NCBI GenBank assembly: GCA_965221505.1
Contig: CBDCSI010000002.1
Coordinates: forward strand, 1,610,052 to 1,674,051
Length of the DNA: 64,000 nucleotides
Reading direction: 5' to 3'
Source: Rhodobacterales bacterium
GTDB taxonomy: Bacteria > Pseudomonadota > Alphaproteobacteria > Rhodobacterales > CAZPXZ01
Below are positions 63,063 through 64,000 of the stretch, in pieces; the stretch's first letter is position 1, and the number at the start of each line of letters is the position of its first letter. The notes under the pieces were generated by a model. The model did no database searches and had not been told where the DNA came from. It was given only the letters and a program-made list of their open reading frames with translations. A program made the translations under genes and the position numbers.

Positions 63063-64000
63063 CTATACGGTAACGGTCGGTCTGTCGCGAGTTTGTTCAG
63101 CAACAACCGAGCTCGCCCGTGTGAAATTCGAGAACCGCCCGGACGAAATCCGTCGAGCCTGACGAATTTCGACCACGTCAAGGCTGGCGAGCGACTCGGG
63201 GCTCGCGAGGTCAGGATGCCCCAGGAGTGCGCGAATGCACGCAAGCGAGATCGGCTCTCGCCAAATCGGCCAGCGAAAGGAGAAGCCACCGTCATTATCA
63301 CGCTTCCCCCCCAACATTGCCAACCTGACCCGACCACGCCCTGCTCCCGGAACGACGGTTAGCACAGAGAGGCCGATCGCAGCAAGCCTGTTGGCGCCAT
63401 GCTGCACGGTATCCTTAGTCCGGCTGTCGGTCGGATTTCGTGCACGCAGCGCATAACGAACGTCCTCGCAGGGATCCCAGCGAAACGAGCATCGTTTGTC
63501 GTCGATTCGCTTCCAAGGTTTGAAGAGGGCTTCTTGCAGGCATTCGTCCTCGGATATTCGGACCTTGTTTCGCCCCTTTCCGCGAACTGGAGGCGACTTA
63601 AGTCGCGGAACTAGAGCCAGCCTTTCGAGAAACCACTGTTTCCCTTGGCCGGACATCAGGCAAAGTGGCGTAGGCTCCGCTTCACTGCCGTCGCGGGTCA
63701 TGGCCGCGTCGGAAACGAGGGCCGCCCATAGTTCCGCAACATATTCGTGCCTGTCAGTCGATGCGGACGCCTTTAGCAAGCTGCGGGCTTCCTCTGGAGA
63801 AAGCTTTAGATCTTTTCTACCGTCAAACTCGTGGTGTTGGGCCAAGACGTCAAGGCCATCGGCAATCGCCGCTGTAATGGCGCCCTTGTCCACTCCTTCG
63901 GGGACTCGAAGAATTGGGCGTATCGGAATGTCTTCGATAGTCCAGGCCGCTCTGGGATGCCAGTCCGGTCGTGCCTCGTCAAGGGCTCGGAGCAGTCCAA
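63063..64000 (-). CDS. CRISPR-associated effector-module protein, C-terminal >=312 aa; possibly the Csx17/Cas8g-like large subunit. The gene continues beyond the window.
   Basis: The frame of ORF 63063..63893 stays open up to position 63998 (GLLRALDEARPDWHPRAAWTIEDIPIRPILRVPEGVDKGAI..), so the GTG at 63893 is probably internal. The gene lies 11 nt upstream of cas4-cas1. The family call rests on context only. Confidence 0.5.
   Translation of the reverse strand, partial: GLLRALDEARPDWHPRAAWTIEDIPIRPILRVPEGVDKGAITAAIADGLDVLAQHHEFDGRKDLKLSPEEARSLLKASASTDRHEYVAELWAALVSDAAMTRDGSEAEPTPLCLMSGQGKQWFLERLALVPRLKSPPVRGKGRNKVRISEDECLQEALFKPWKRIDDKRCSFRWDPCEDVRYALRARNPTDSRTKDTVQHGANRLAAIGLSVLTVVPGAGRGRVRLAMLGGKRDNDGGFSFRWPIWREPISLACIRALLGHPDLASPESLASLDVVEIRQARRISSGRFSNFTRASSVVAEQTRDRPTVTV

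Noticed and set aside
63806-64000. An edge ORF on the minus strand in a different frame from the cas-associated gene.
   Set aside because: The frame of 63063..63893 is itself open up to the window edge and reads as plausible protein. The alternative frame would need an 88-nt overlap and has no recognisable features.

Overview
This is a 64-kb high-GC chromosomal segment whose gene content looks alphaproteobacterial (TctABC/Bug transporter, betaine and dimethylglycine catabolism); the taxon is an inference. Most of the window is ordinary core metabolism and transport: recN, a dpp-like ABC operon, pcm, an RpiR-Rieske oxygenase cluster, two FAD/GcvT dehydrogenases, a TctCBA-linked oxidoreductase operon, a sugar ABC operon and a ProVWX-like operon. 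Many of these operons are tightly translationally coupled through ATGA/GTGA overlaps. Three accessory regions interrupt the core. (1) At about 12.5-22.3 kb lies a compositionally mosaic island. It carries a stand-alone SIR2-like protein with intact catalytic motifs and an Rpn/YhgA-like protein with a degenerate active site. It also carries a tandemly duplicated, unrecognised two-gene cassette (a ~67-aa basic protein plus a 2-TM membrane protein, second copy decaying). Finally it carries a compact four-gene transposition module (Zn-ribbon protein, DDE transposase, AAA ATPase, Toprim protein). (2) At about 29.7-32.7 kb lies an AT-richer decayed islet with an RHH remnant, an ABC/SMC-type ATPase remnant with an in-frame stop, and an intact AlbA_2/Schlafen-like protein. 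(3) At 59.4-64.0 kb lies a CRISPR-Cas locus with 19 repeats (37 nt), cas2, a cas4-cas1 fusion (type I-G/I-U hallmark) and a partial effector-module gene that runs off the window. No rRNA or tRNA genes were seen. Most long Arg/Pro/Ala-rich ORFs in the six-frame track are high-GC artefacts that overlap real genes. All family assignments come from reading the translations; no searches were run.
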